From a virus, in IMG/VR virus record IMGVR_UViG_3300014494_000003: a stretch of DNA of 45,855 bases; one strand, 5' to 3'. Below, in pieces: positions 8,824 to 17,206 of the stretch. The translations under genes were made by a program, and so were the position numbers. How positions within the stretch are numbered: position 1 is the stretch's first letter; every line of letters starts with the position of its first letter. The notes beneath the pieces were generated by a model. The model had not been told where the DNA came from and did no database searches. It was given only the letters and a program-made list of their open reading frames with translations.

Positions 8824-11800
8824 TGCCGAGCGAATGGGACATCGTCGATGTGTCGAAGCCGCCCGCCAAGCCCGACCCTTGGGCGGTCGTCGCGATCTCC
8901 CCATCCGCCACGCCGGCACCGCCCGCCGCTGACTCGAGCCCCAACGTCCCCGGTGCCGAGAAGACCGGCCTGCCCGGTCTGCCCGCCATGCCCGTCTCGG
9001 TGACCGAGGAGCCGACGCTCCTCGAGCGCATCGGCAACGTGTTCGGTAAGGGCGCGCAGAATGCTGCCGACTTTCTGCTGCAGAACGCCAAAATGGGCAT
9101 TGCGCCAGGCGCGCCCGTCGCTGCTGCGGCCCCTCCGCCGGGAATTACCGCGAAGCAGGCGACGCAGGCGGCCAAGACCTACGAGACCCCGATGCTCCCG
9201 GTCTCCGAGTTACTCCCCGAGAGTCCCAACGACGGGAACGTGACTAAGTTCGCCAGGGGGGCGCTCCAAGGGGCCGAGGGGCTGACCACTCCGGTCAACC
9301 TGGCGCTGATGGCGGCGCTCGGCGCGGCCGGAGCTACGGCCAGGGCGTCAGTTGAACCGGCAGTACAGCAAGGCTGGCATTTGGCCGACGCGGCGCTTTC
9401 CGCCTACTTCTCGGGCCAGGCCGCGCACGGATTGTATGGTGCCGGCAAGGATGCCGTGGAAGCGGTCGGCAAGGGCGACTGGGGCAAGGCCGCGACCGAC
9501 CTCGGTTTGGGCACGGTGGACGGTCTGATCGCCTACTTGGGAGCGCGCAATGCCTTCAAGAACGTGCAGGGCGCGGCGGAGATCGGCCGGACGCAGCGCA
9601 TTCTCCAGGAGAACCTGAACCGGCGGGAGGCCGCGCGGCGTGCGGCTGAACCCAAGCCTGCCACGGAGTCGATTCCGCCTGCTTCCGGCGCAGTTCCCAC
9701 CGCGACGCGGCTGCTGCCTCCTGGGGAAGCGCCCGAAGCCAAGCCGCCAGCGCCGCCGCCTGAACTGCCGGGAGGGAAGAAGCTGCTGGCCCCCGGAGAA
9801 GCGCCGCTGCCCGAACCGCCGCCTGAAGTGCCTGCCGGATGGCAGATCGTCAAGAGCGAGCCCGCGCCTGAAGTCGAGCCAGCGGCTCCTCGCTCGGGGA
9901 GCGCGTGGCCGCAGGGGATCGCGCCGCCCGTGGGCGTCGAGGTGTTCGACCGCGCGGCGGAGCTGGCCCGGAGCCGAGGCAGCATTTCGCCTATCGTGCT
10001 TCAGCGTGAGCTGGAGATTCCACAGCTCGAGGCTCAGGGACTCTTCCGCCGCCTCATTGGCCAGGGGGTCGTCGACCGGATTGGACGCATCCCCGCGCCG
10101 CCGGAGGATTCCGGACCGGCAGCGGCCCCGCCCCAGAGTGGAGCAGCCAAGGGCGCGCCCGCGATCCAGCCGAAGCCCGACTCAGTCGATTACTACGACC
10201 AGGCTGTCAGCCTGGCGCGCCAGAACGGCGCGATCAGCCGCACCGGTCTGCAGAACGCGTTCGGCCTGAACCGGGACGACGCGCAGTCGCTGCTCAGCCG
10301 GATGATCCAGGGCGTCAACGGCGAGCCGGGCGTGGTCTCGCCGAACGGTAGGTTGATCGCTCCGCAGAAACCCGCTGTTGCGCCGGGCGGCCAGCGGGAG
10401 CTGCCGCTTGTGGCGCAGGGACCGGCGCAGGCGAGCCCGGAGAGCCCGGTCGAGGCTCCTCCATCCCCCGAAGCTCCCCCGCTTCCGCCAGCGGCCCCGC
10501 AGCCGCCGCAAGCGACGCTCTACGACCGCGCCGTCGAGTTCGGCGCGAAGTACGGCAAGGTCAGCCAGGCCGGTCTGCGGCTGCACCTGGGCATTAGCGC
10601 CAGTCGCGCCGACTCGCTTCTGACGCAGTTGTCGCAAGCGGGAAAGATCGACCCGAACACCAAGAAGTGGATCGGCGGCAGGACCGCCCCCATCGGCAAG
10701 CCGGCTCCTCCGCAGATTCTCCCCATAGACAACCGCCCGCCCATGACCTCGGCCCAGCCGGGCGCGCCCGTGACTCCGCTCCCGGCGCCGGCGCCCGCGC
10801 CCGCGGGCGATTTCGAGGGCGCGGCCGACGATCTTCCGCCCGAGCGGGTGGGCCGCACGGAAGAGGTCAGCACGCCCGAGGGGACGAAGGCGCAGGCGCA
10901 ATGGCGGGTCGTCGATCTCGCCCACGACAACCTGCTCACGTCGCACAGTTACGCCGGGGTGGAGAACCCGGAGTATCCGCAGGAGTATCAGAACCGCGAC
11001 CGCTCGCGCATCGCCAGCGAGACGCAGATCCGCGGCATCGCCGCCAACCCGGTTGCCAAGCGGCTCAGCCAAAACTACCTGACGAGCGAGGGCGCGCCGA
11101 TCTACGCCAACCGCGACGGCCGGCGGACGGTCATCTCCGGAAACGGGCGGACGGAAGCGATCAAGCTGGCCTACAAGCAAGGCACCGCCGCGGGCTACCG
11201 CGCGGGCCTGCCCGAGGAGCTGACCGCCGCCGGGATCGATCCGAAGGTGCTCGAAGGAATACAGCAGCCGATGCTGTCCAGGGCGCTGGTCGGCAAGATG
11301 CCGCTCGGCCGCATCGCCCGGGAATCCAACGCGCCCAGCGTCGCCGAGCGCAGCCCGGTCGAGCTGGCGCGGGCGGATGCCAAGCGCCTCACCGGCGCGC
11401 TGATGGAAGCCTTCAAGCCAGGCGAGGACGGGCGGATCGTCACCACCGAAAACTGGCCCTTCATTCAAACCTTCTTCCGCGAGCTGCTCACCGCCGCGGA
11501 GCGGGGGAAGTACACGCTCGGCAACGGCGGCATCAACCAGGCCGGCATCGCGCGCATTCGCAACGCGGTTTTCGCCAAAGCCTACGGGGAGTCGGCCGCG
11601 CTCGAAAACGTGGCCGAGGATCCCGACGACAATGTGCGCAGCATCACCGCCGCCATGCTGCGCGCGGCTCCGTCGTTTGCGCGCGTGGGGGAAGGCGTCG
11701 CCGCGGGCACGCTCCACGATCTCAACATCGCGCCCGACGTTGCCGCCGCCGCCGGCAAACTGTCGAGCCTCCGCGCGCAGGGCACCACGGTCGAGGACTA

Positions 11801-14800
11801 CCTGAACCAGGAGGAGCTGTTCGCGCCCGAACTGTCCCCGCTGGGCCGCGAGATGCTTCGCGTCTTCGGCGTCCACAGCCGCAGCTCCGCCCGGCTGGCG
11901 GAGATTCTGACTAACTACGCCAGCGCCGTCGAGGCGCTCGGCAGCCCTCAGCAAGCCAGCTTGCTGGGTGATACAATTCCGACCAGGGCCGAAGTTCTCG
12001 AGGCGGCAGTCGAGGCCACCGAGGCGAGAGCCAAGCTCCTGGCTGAGCAGCGAAAGGCCAAGAAAGATGTACAGTCCCAAGCACGTAACGACGCGGCCGG
12101 CAGTGGTGGCGAAGTTGGTGACGTTGATGGACAAGGTCCATCAGGGCCAGACCGCGCAGCAGATCCGGCAGGAGTTCGAGCAGGAGCAGAAGCTCCGCCA
12201 GTTCAATCCGCCCCCCGGCAGCAAGCCCCAGTAGCGCCGTCGCCCCGACCTCTAGAACCGCAGCAACCGCCCGCGGCTACGACTGCGGCCTGGCGAGCGG
12301 GTGCTTCGGCGTTGCCTATCGACGTTCAGGAGATTCGTGATTGGTTGCGGGACAACGAAGGGACCGGGAAGCCTGCGACCGTTGAGTACGCGAGGCAGTA
12401 CCTGGCTGGGGCGGACTCTCAGGCCCGGCCGATGCCGCAAGCCGAACCGGCGGCGCAGCCGAAGGCGGAGGCATCCGCACCTGCCCCGCGCTTGCCCCAC
12501 GAGCTCGCCAGTGCGAAGCCGAACTATGCCTTCGGAGCGAAGGAGTTCGCCCTCGATTTCGAGAGCGACATCGACAAAGCGGCTTTCATCGCCGCGCAGT
12601 TTAAGCCATCGAAGGCCGATGCGCAGTACGTTGGCTTCGTTCGCCAGGCGACGGGGCTGTCGACGCAAGCGGTTCGATCCGCCGGTGTGCGCGTGCGCTC
12701 GGCCATCAAGGAGTTGGCGCGTGACGCAGAACCGGGAGTGCTGCGCGTGCCGGACGTCTTGGGGCGGCGCCTGAAGCCACCAGGGGGCGAGACATTCTTC
12801 GCCCCGAAGTTGAAGGATGCCCGCGGCGCGCGAAGCCCGCAAGAGTACTTCGCCGCGGCCGACTCCCGATACGAGGCGTTGCTGCGGGATCGACCTGGCC
12901 ATATTTACGTGAACGCCCCGGCCCACGGGTTAATTGTGAGCGCGCTGCGCCACGCGGGCCTTCCCGCGCAGAACTTCGCCGGCCTCACGCTGGGACCGGC
13001 GGATGCCAACTTGCTGTACCGCGCCCTCGGGGAGTTTGAACAGACCGAGCAGGAGCCCGGCGTCCGCGCCGCGATTGGTCAGATGCGCGCGGCCATGCGC
13101 CAGGCGGCTGGCGAGAGCAAGACTCTGACTTTCGTAAGGAGCGGCCCCGACGTCTCCGCCATGGAACGGCGGACCGCGCGGCGGGAGGAGGAATTCCATC
13201 GGCAACAAATTCTGCGCACGCGCGGGAAGGTGCTCGAAGGTCATGTCGACTCACAGCGCCTCAGTCAAAACCAAACGGTTCACAAAGGCCTGAGGGCCAT
13301 AGAGCGTGACCGCCACGAGACCGGGCAGCGCGCTTATGTGGAACTGGCTGCGAGCTTGGCCAGCGGGCAGTGGGGAGATCTCGGGCTGACGCGAGAGGAG
13401 GCCATCGATGCGCTCCACGCTTACATCGGCGAGATCGTCCGGCTCCACGGAGACCAGGCAGGAGGTATTATCAACCATGTCCACCCAGCAATCCGAAACG
13501 CTGTCCAGGAACGACTGGCGGCATCCGGACAACCTGCAACAGTGGCTGCGCGAACGCTACGGCGACGGCCAGGTCACGACGCCGGGCCAGGTAGCGGCGG
13601 ACAATTTTACCGACCTCTTCGAGGCGTACCGGAGGGGCGGCCAGAAGACCTTCCGAGCCAAGTTCGATCAGATCTTTCCGCCCGAACAGCACCCGTAGAA
13701 CACGCCGGGCCCGGAACTCTGGACCTATTCGGAGAAGAGGCCAACCAAACCAGCCGCGAAGCCGCCAAGAGCGATGCCGCCAAACTCGAAGCCGACCGGC
13801 TCACCGCCGAGTTCGGCAGCGCGCTGAATCGCAATAACCTCCGCAAGAAACTGAAGCCCGGCGAAAAGCCGCAACAGGGCGACCTGTTTGGAGGGATGCC
13901 GGAGAAACCCGCGCAGGGCAAGCTACTGTTTCAGAAGGGCGGGACTGGTCCGCACGGTCCGATCTTCACCGAGTTCCGGCATGACGCCGCCGGCGCGATC
14001 GCCAAGCTGCGCCAGGCGCAGAGCGGCGAAGCCGTGGCGGCGCTGCACCATCCCGCGGTCGGGGACATTGATCTGATTTGGGGCGAGAGCGGCACTAGTC
14101 CGGGAAACGGCTACGGACTGGCAAAGCTGGCGAAATGGCATCCGGAAATCCTGGACAACCTGCAGGAGACGCTGGACACGATGACCGCTGCGGCGCGCAA
14201 CGAGAACACGGTTCAATTGGACAGCGCGACGCACCACGCTGTCGTCCGCAGAAATTGGAAAGGGAACCCTAAGACTTGGCTGCTAACGGCCTTCGAAAAG
14301 AAGCAGCCGTCACTAGCCGGAAGGACGATGGACATTTCCGGCACGCGAGAGGCGCGGCGGGATGACACAGCTCCCCCGCCGAGTGGCGGCACTTCCAGTA
14401 TGGCCCCAACCGGAGAGGGCGGCAAGCGGGAAAAGACCTCAGATTTCTGGAAAGACGAGAGCGGCGAATTCGACCTGGCGAACCTGCGGGCAGGGCTGCG
14501 CGAGAAGTTCGGCGAAGCGGCGAACCAGGCCAACTACACCGGTCTGGGAGCCAAGGACATATTCCTACGCAACTTGTCGCAATTGGAGAAAACTAGCTCC
14601 GCGGGCCACGCCGCAGCGGTCCGTGCGGCCGCCAGCAAGGGACAAGTGGCAGCACTGCTGCGCGCCGCCGTTCCGCGCATCGAGGCGGCCATTGGCAAGC
14701 GCGGGCCGACGTGGACCGAGTTCAGAACGGCGTTGATCGAAAGCCGGCTGCGGGGGATCCGCGAGCGGTGGCGCGCCATGGCCGAGCAGGCTCTCGACAT

Positions 14801-16943
14801 GAGCCCGGCGCAGATGCAGGCCAGCTTCGACAATGGCGTGCTGACGCTGCTGGAGAACATCCAGGACAAGCGAGGCCTCGGGCAAGACTTGGCCGAAACC
14901 GCCGCCGCGATGTTCCAGTCCGCGCAGGAGGGCGACCTGGCGCAGAAGAAACCCGGAGAGCCCGCCTACCCCGTGCTGAGCGAGGGCCCCCACCTGCGGG
15001 CGCTGCGAGACTTTCTCTCGACCACTTACCTCGACGCGGCCGAGTCGGTGGCCGAAGTCTTGCCGGATGAGTTCTTCCATCGTATTACCAGCAGCCCTGG
15101 ATTTGCGCGCGGCCTCGAAGCGTACCGCGAACTGCTCGAGAAGCCGATGGCCGACAATCACGCCCTGAACGAGGGCGTGTTCAGCGATGCTCTGGGCCCG
15201 GTGGGAGCCTACTATCCGCTGGTGCCGGTCACGAGCGCCGAGGCGGCGCAGGCGAAAGCCCCGGGAACGACCTCAGGCTACCGCAAGCCGCGCAACATCT
15301 CCAATGATTTCGCCACGGGCCTCGCGCTCCGGTACGACGCGGGAATGGAGGCGCTGCGCAACCGCTTGACGCGAGCGATCAAAGCTAACAACAAAGCTGC
15401 GCTGATCCAGACGCTGGAAGACGAAGGGCTGCTGCGGAAGATGCGGCCGAACGAAGTAGCGGGGGACGTCATCAACATCGGCGGCGAGGATTTCAAGGCC
15501 GACTACATCAAATCCGAAGGCGTATTGGTTCCGACCTGGCTCCGAAAGGAGCTGGTTCCGATTCTGGAACTCGAAGGCCGGCCGCACCAGCTGGTTCAAT
15601 ATGTCAACCAGGTGATGCAGGTGTTGAACAAACTCTCTCTAGTGGGGCCGCTCAATCTCGTTTACCATGCCACGAACCTGCTGGGGACTTTGACCTTCAA
15701 CACACCTTTCATCCCCGGGTCTGTCCTGGGGGAGAAGGTTGGCAACTCGCCGTTAACAAAACAGTTCTACGCCCTGGTGCGCATCCTTCACACCGACCCC
15801 ACAACCGCGGACGCGGTTGCAGACATGACCGAGATGGCCAAGGTGGGCGCCTTGCCCGACCGCTTCGGCTCGGAGACCTTCTCCCAGCGGTTCGCCGAGC
15901 AACTCGGCGCCGAAGACAAGATGTGGAGGTTCGAAGTGGGCGGTAGGAATCTGGCCCTCCCGAAGAGCGCGGGTCCGATCCTCTTCGGCCCCAAGGGCAT
16001 GGACATTCGGGCGCGCCTGCTGATGTGGCGGATCGCGAAACAACTCCAGCCGCAGGGGAACCCGCAAAGCTGGGCTAGGTCCACGAATCAACTCGGCGTC
16101 TACGTGCGTGGGATGCAGAGCGACATAGAACGCGCGCTGAAGGCGAGCGGTTTCTCTCCGTTCTTCACCGCCGGTTCCACGATGGTGCGCAACGGGATCA
16201 ACGGCTTTCTGGGACGTGGCCCGATCACGAGCGACAAGTTCAGTTATCGACTAAAACAACTACTGACGGGGGGGGCCCCTGCGCTCATCGCCATCTGGGC
16301 TCTGATCAACAAGGCGTACCGGGGCAAGTGGCCCTGGGAAGAGCCAAATTCGAAACTCTTGGCGTTCGCCGTGAAGCCGGCCGACCGCAATTCCGCACTG
16401 GGCCGGGCGCTGTGGGGCTCGAAGCCGGGCACGGCCTACGTGAATCTGGCCTTCATCAATCCGTTGCTGGCGCGCGGCCTGCGCGCACTGGGCATCATGG
16501 ACGCCTACGAGACGCGGCAGCTCGGCGGGTCGTTCGATCAGATCACGAAAGCCGCAGTAAAGGGATCGGCGAATGCGTTTATCGGGCCGGCCGCCGGCCC
16601 TCTGGTGCGGACCGGCATGATCGCCGCGACGGGCCGCGAGCCGTATCTGACGGACGTGCAGGATGTGACCTTCATGCGAGCGGCGGCGAAAAAGCCGGGA
16701 TTCCTACGCAGTCGCGTCGAGTATGGCAAAGAGGCCGCGCTCAGCCTCAATAATTTCTTTGGCAACCTGGCCACGGCTACTGGGATCGGGTACGAAGCGG
16801 AGCGCGCAGCGAAGACCGGTAACGCTGCGTTGCGGATGCTCACCGATCTGGCTGCACCCCGCCTGGTGGGAACGGTTTCGGATCAGTCGGCCAAAGCGAG
16901 ACGGCTGGCCAACGAGCGCCGGGCAGCGGCGCGGGAGCGGTGA
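8823..16943 (+). CDS. Giant polyvalent virion protein, 2,706 aa: 3x FtsK-gamma-like wHTH, a ParB/Srx-like module, a small nuclease-like module and a hydrophobic C-terminal third
   Basis: ATG 8823 overlaps the upstream TGA. There is no frame-0 stop for 8.1 kb. Recognisable modules are separated by Pro/Ala-rich linkers (see findings). The position is equivalent to the ejected core proteins of podoviruses. Confidence 0.7.
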   Translation: MPSEWDIVDVSKPPAKPDPWAVVAISPSATPAPPAADSSPNVPGAEKTGLPGLPAMPVSVTEEPTLLERIGNVFGKGAQNAADFLLQNAKMGIAPGAPVAAAAPPPGITAKQATQAAKTYETPMLPVSELLPESPNDGNVTKFARGALQGAEGLTTPVNLALMAALGAAGATARASVEPAVQQGWHLADAALSAYFSGQAAHGLYGAGKDAVEAVGKGDWGKAATDLGLGTVDGLIAYLGARNAFKNVQGAAEIGRTQRILQENLNRREAARRAAEPKPATESIPPASGAVPTATRLLPPGEAPEAKPPAPPPELPGGKKLLAPGEAPLPEPPPEVPAGWQIVKSEPAPEVEPAAPRSGSAWPQGIAPPVGVEVFDRAAELARSRGSISPIVLQRELEIPQLEAQGLFRRLIGQGVVDRIGRIPAPPEDSGPAAAPPQSGAAKGAPAIQPKPDSVDYYDQAVSLARQNGAISRTGLQNAFGLNRDDAQSLLSRMIQGVNGEPGVVSPNGRLIAPQKPAVAPGGQRELPLVAQGPAQASPESPVEAPPSPEAPPLPPAAPQPPQATLYDRAVEFGAKYGKVSQAGLRLHLGISASRADSLLTQLSQAGKIDPNTKKWIGGRTAPIGKPAPPQILPIDNRPPMTSAQPGAPVTPLPAPAPAPAGDFEGAADDLPPERVGRTEEVSTPEGTKAQAQWRVVDLAHDNLLTSHSYAGVENPEYPQEYQNRDRSRIASETQIRGIAANPVAKRLSQNYLTSEGAPIYANRDGRRTVISGNGRTEAIKLAYKQGTAAGYRAGLPEELTAAGIDPKVLEGIQQPMLSRALVGKMPLGRIARESNAPSVAERSPVELARADAKRLTGALMEAFKPGEDGRIVTTENWPFIQTFFRELLTAAERGKYTLGNGGINQAGIARIRNAVFAKAYGESAALENVAEDPDDNVRSITAAMLRAAPSFARVGEGVAAGTLHDLNIAPDVAAAAGKLSSLRAQGTTVEDYLNQEELFAPELSPLGREMLRVFGVHSRSSARLAEILTNYASAVEALGSPQQASLLGDTIPTRAEVLEAAVEATEARAKLLAEQRKAKKDVQSQARNDAAGSGGEVGDVDGQGPSGPDRAADPAGVRAGAEAPPVQSAPRQQAPVAPSPRPLEPQQPPAATTAAWRAGASALPIDVQEIRDWLRDNEGTGKPATVEYARQYLAGADSQARPMPQAEPAAQPKAEASAPAPRLPHELASAKPNYAFGAKEFALDFESDIDKAAFIAAQFKPSKADAQYVGFVRQATGLSTQAVRSAGVRVRSAIKELARDAEPGVLRVPDVLGRRLKPPGGETFFAPKLKDARGARSPQEYFAAADSRYEALLRDRPGHIYVNAPAHGLIVSALRHAGLPAQNFAGLTLGPADANLLYRALGEFEQTEQEPGVRAAIGQMRAAMRQAAGESKTLTFVRSGPDVSAMERRTARREEEFHRQQILRTRGKVLEGHVDSQRLSQNQTVHKGLRAIERDRHETGQRAYVELAASLASGQWGDLGLTREEAIDALHAYIGEIVRLHGDQAGGIINHVHPAIRNAVQERLAASGQPATVAARTLRRRPGHDAGPGSGGQFYRPLRGVPEGRPEDLPSQVRSDLSARTAPVEHAGPGTLDLFGEEANQTSREAAKSDAAKLEADRLTAEFGSALNRNNLRKKLKPGEKPQQGDLFGGMPEKPAQGKLLFQKGGTGPHGPIFTEFRHDAAGAIAKLRQAQSGEAVAALHHPAVGDIDLIWGESGTSPGNGYGLAKLAKWHPEILDNLQETLDTMTAAARNENTVQLDSATHHAVVRRNWKGNPKTWLLTAFEKKQPSLAGRTMDISGTREARRDDTAPPPSGGTSSMAPTGEGGKREKTSDFWKDESGEFDLANLRAGLREKFGEAANQANYTGLGAKDIFLRNLSQLEKTSSAGHAAAVRAAASKGQVAALLRAAVPRIEAAIGKRGPTWTEFRTALIESRLRGIRERWRAMAEQALDMSPAQMQASFDNGVLTLLENIQDKRGLGQDLAETAAAMFQSAQEGDLAQKKPGEPAYPVLSEGPHLRALRDFLSTTYLDAAESVAEVLPDEFFHRITSSPGFARGLEAYRELLEKPMADNHALNEGVFSDALGPVGAYYPLVPVTSAEAAQAKAPGTTSGYRKPRNISNDFATGLALRYDAGMEALRNRLTRAIKANNKAALIQTLEDEGLLRKMRPNEVAGDVINIGGEDFKADYIKSEGVLVPTWLRKELVPILELEGRPHQLVQYVNQVMQVLNKLSLVGPLNLVYHATNLLGTLTFNTPFIPGSVLGEKVGNSPLTKQFYALVRILHTDPTTADAVADMTEMAKVGALPDRFGSETFSQRFAEQLGAEDKMWRFEVGGRNLALPKSAGPILFGPKGMDIRARLLMWRIAKQLQPQGNPQSWARSTNQLGVYVRGMQSDIERALKASGFSPFFTAGSTMVRNGINGFLGRGPITSDKFSYRLKQLLTGGAPALIAIWALINKAYRGKWPWEEPNSKLLAFAVKPADRNSALGRALWGSKPGTAYVNLAFINPLLARGLRALGIMDAYETRQLGGSFDQITKAAVKGSANAFIGPAAGPLVRTGMIAATGREPYLTDVQDVTFMRAAAKKPGFLRSRVEYGKEAALSLNNFFGNLATATGIGYEAERAAKTGNAALRMLTDLAAPRLVGTVSDQSAKARRLANERRAAARER
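12067..12234 (+). CDS. Nested +1-frame small ORF, 55 aa, inside a linker of the giant ORF
   Basis: ATG preceded by gaaagg..agaaag, ending in TAG. By hand count, 50 of 55 codons end in G/C in this frame, against about 20 of 56 in the giant frame over the same span. Confidence 0.4.
   Translation: MYSPKHVTTRPAVVAKLVTLMDKVHQGQTAQQIRQEFEQEQKLRQFNPPPGSKPQ
13477..13698 (+). CDS. Nested +1-frame small ORF, 73 aa, inside a second linker of the giant ORF
   Basis: AGGAGG at 13460..13465, then an AT-rich spacer gtattatcaacc, then ATG; it ends in TAG. By hand count, 61 of 73 codons end in G/C here, against 32 of 74 in the giant frame. Confidence 0.45.
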   Translation: MSTQQSETLSRNDWRHPDNLQQWLRERYGDGQVTTPGQVAADNFTDLFEAYRRGGQKTFRAKFDQIFPPEQHP

Positions 16944-16947
16944 TGCG

Positions 16948-17202
16948 ATGCGCGGCGTGACGCGGCGGGCCTGGTTTCTGGTGCTGGCTGGAGTCCCCCT
17001 GGCGGCGCGGCCGTCGCTGCGCGATGAGGTCGCGATCGCGGGCAACGCGCACAGCGTGCAGTATGCGGAATGGACGAAGGCCATGAACGCGCACCGCGCC
17101 CCCGGGACTGTCGACGCGCGGGTAGTGGAAGCCTGGGGCCCGCTGCCGGAGCTGTGGCGGCGGCTAGAAAAGGCCTGGCGGCATTGGATGCTGGGGAGTT
17201 GA
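16948..17202 (+). CDS. Small secreted protein, 84 aa, with a Tat-like signal
   Basis: ATG 5 nt after the giant ORF stop. The N-terminus MRGVTRRAWFLVLAGVPLAARP has an RR followed by a hydrophobic stretch. Confidence 0.5.
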   Translation: MRGVTRRAWFLVLAGVPLAARPSLRDEVAIAGNAHSVQYAEWTKAMNAHRAPGTVDARVVEAWGPLPELWRRLEKAWRHWMLGS

Positions 17203-17206
17203 GGCG

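Noticed and set aside
12050-12070. A canonical -1 programmed frameshift site feeding the nested ORFs.
   Set aside because: The shift needed is +1, not -1. I see no X XXY YYZ heptamer or stop-codon-stimulated +1 site at either 12060 or 13470. Recoding is kept only as a minor alternative.
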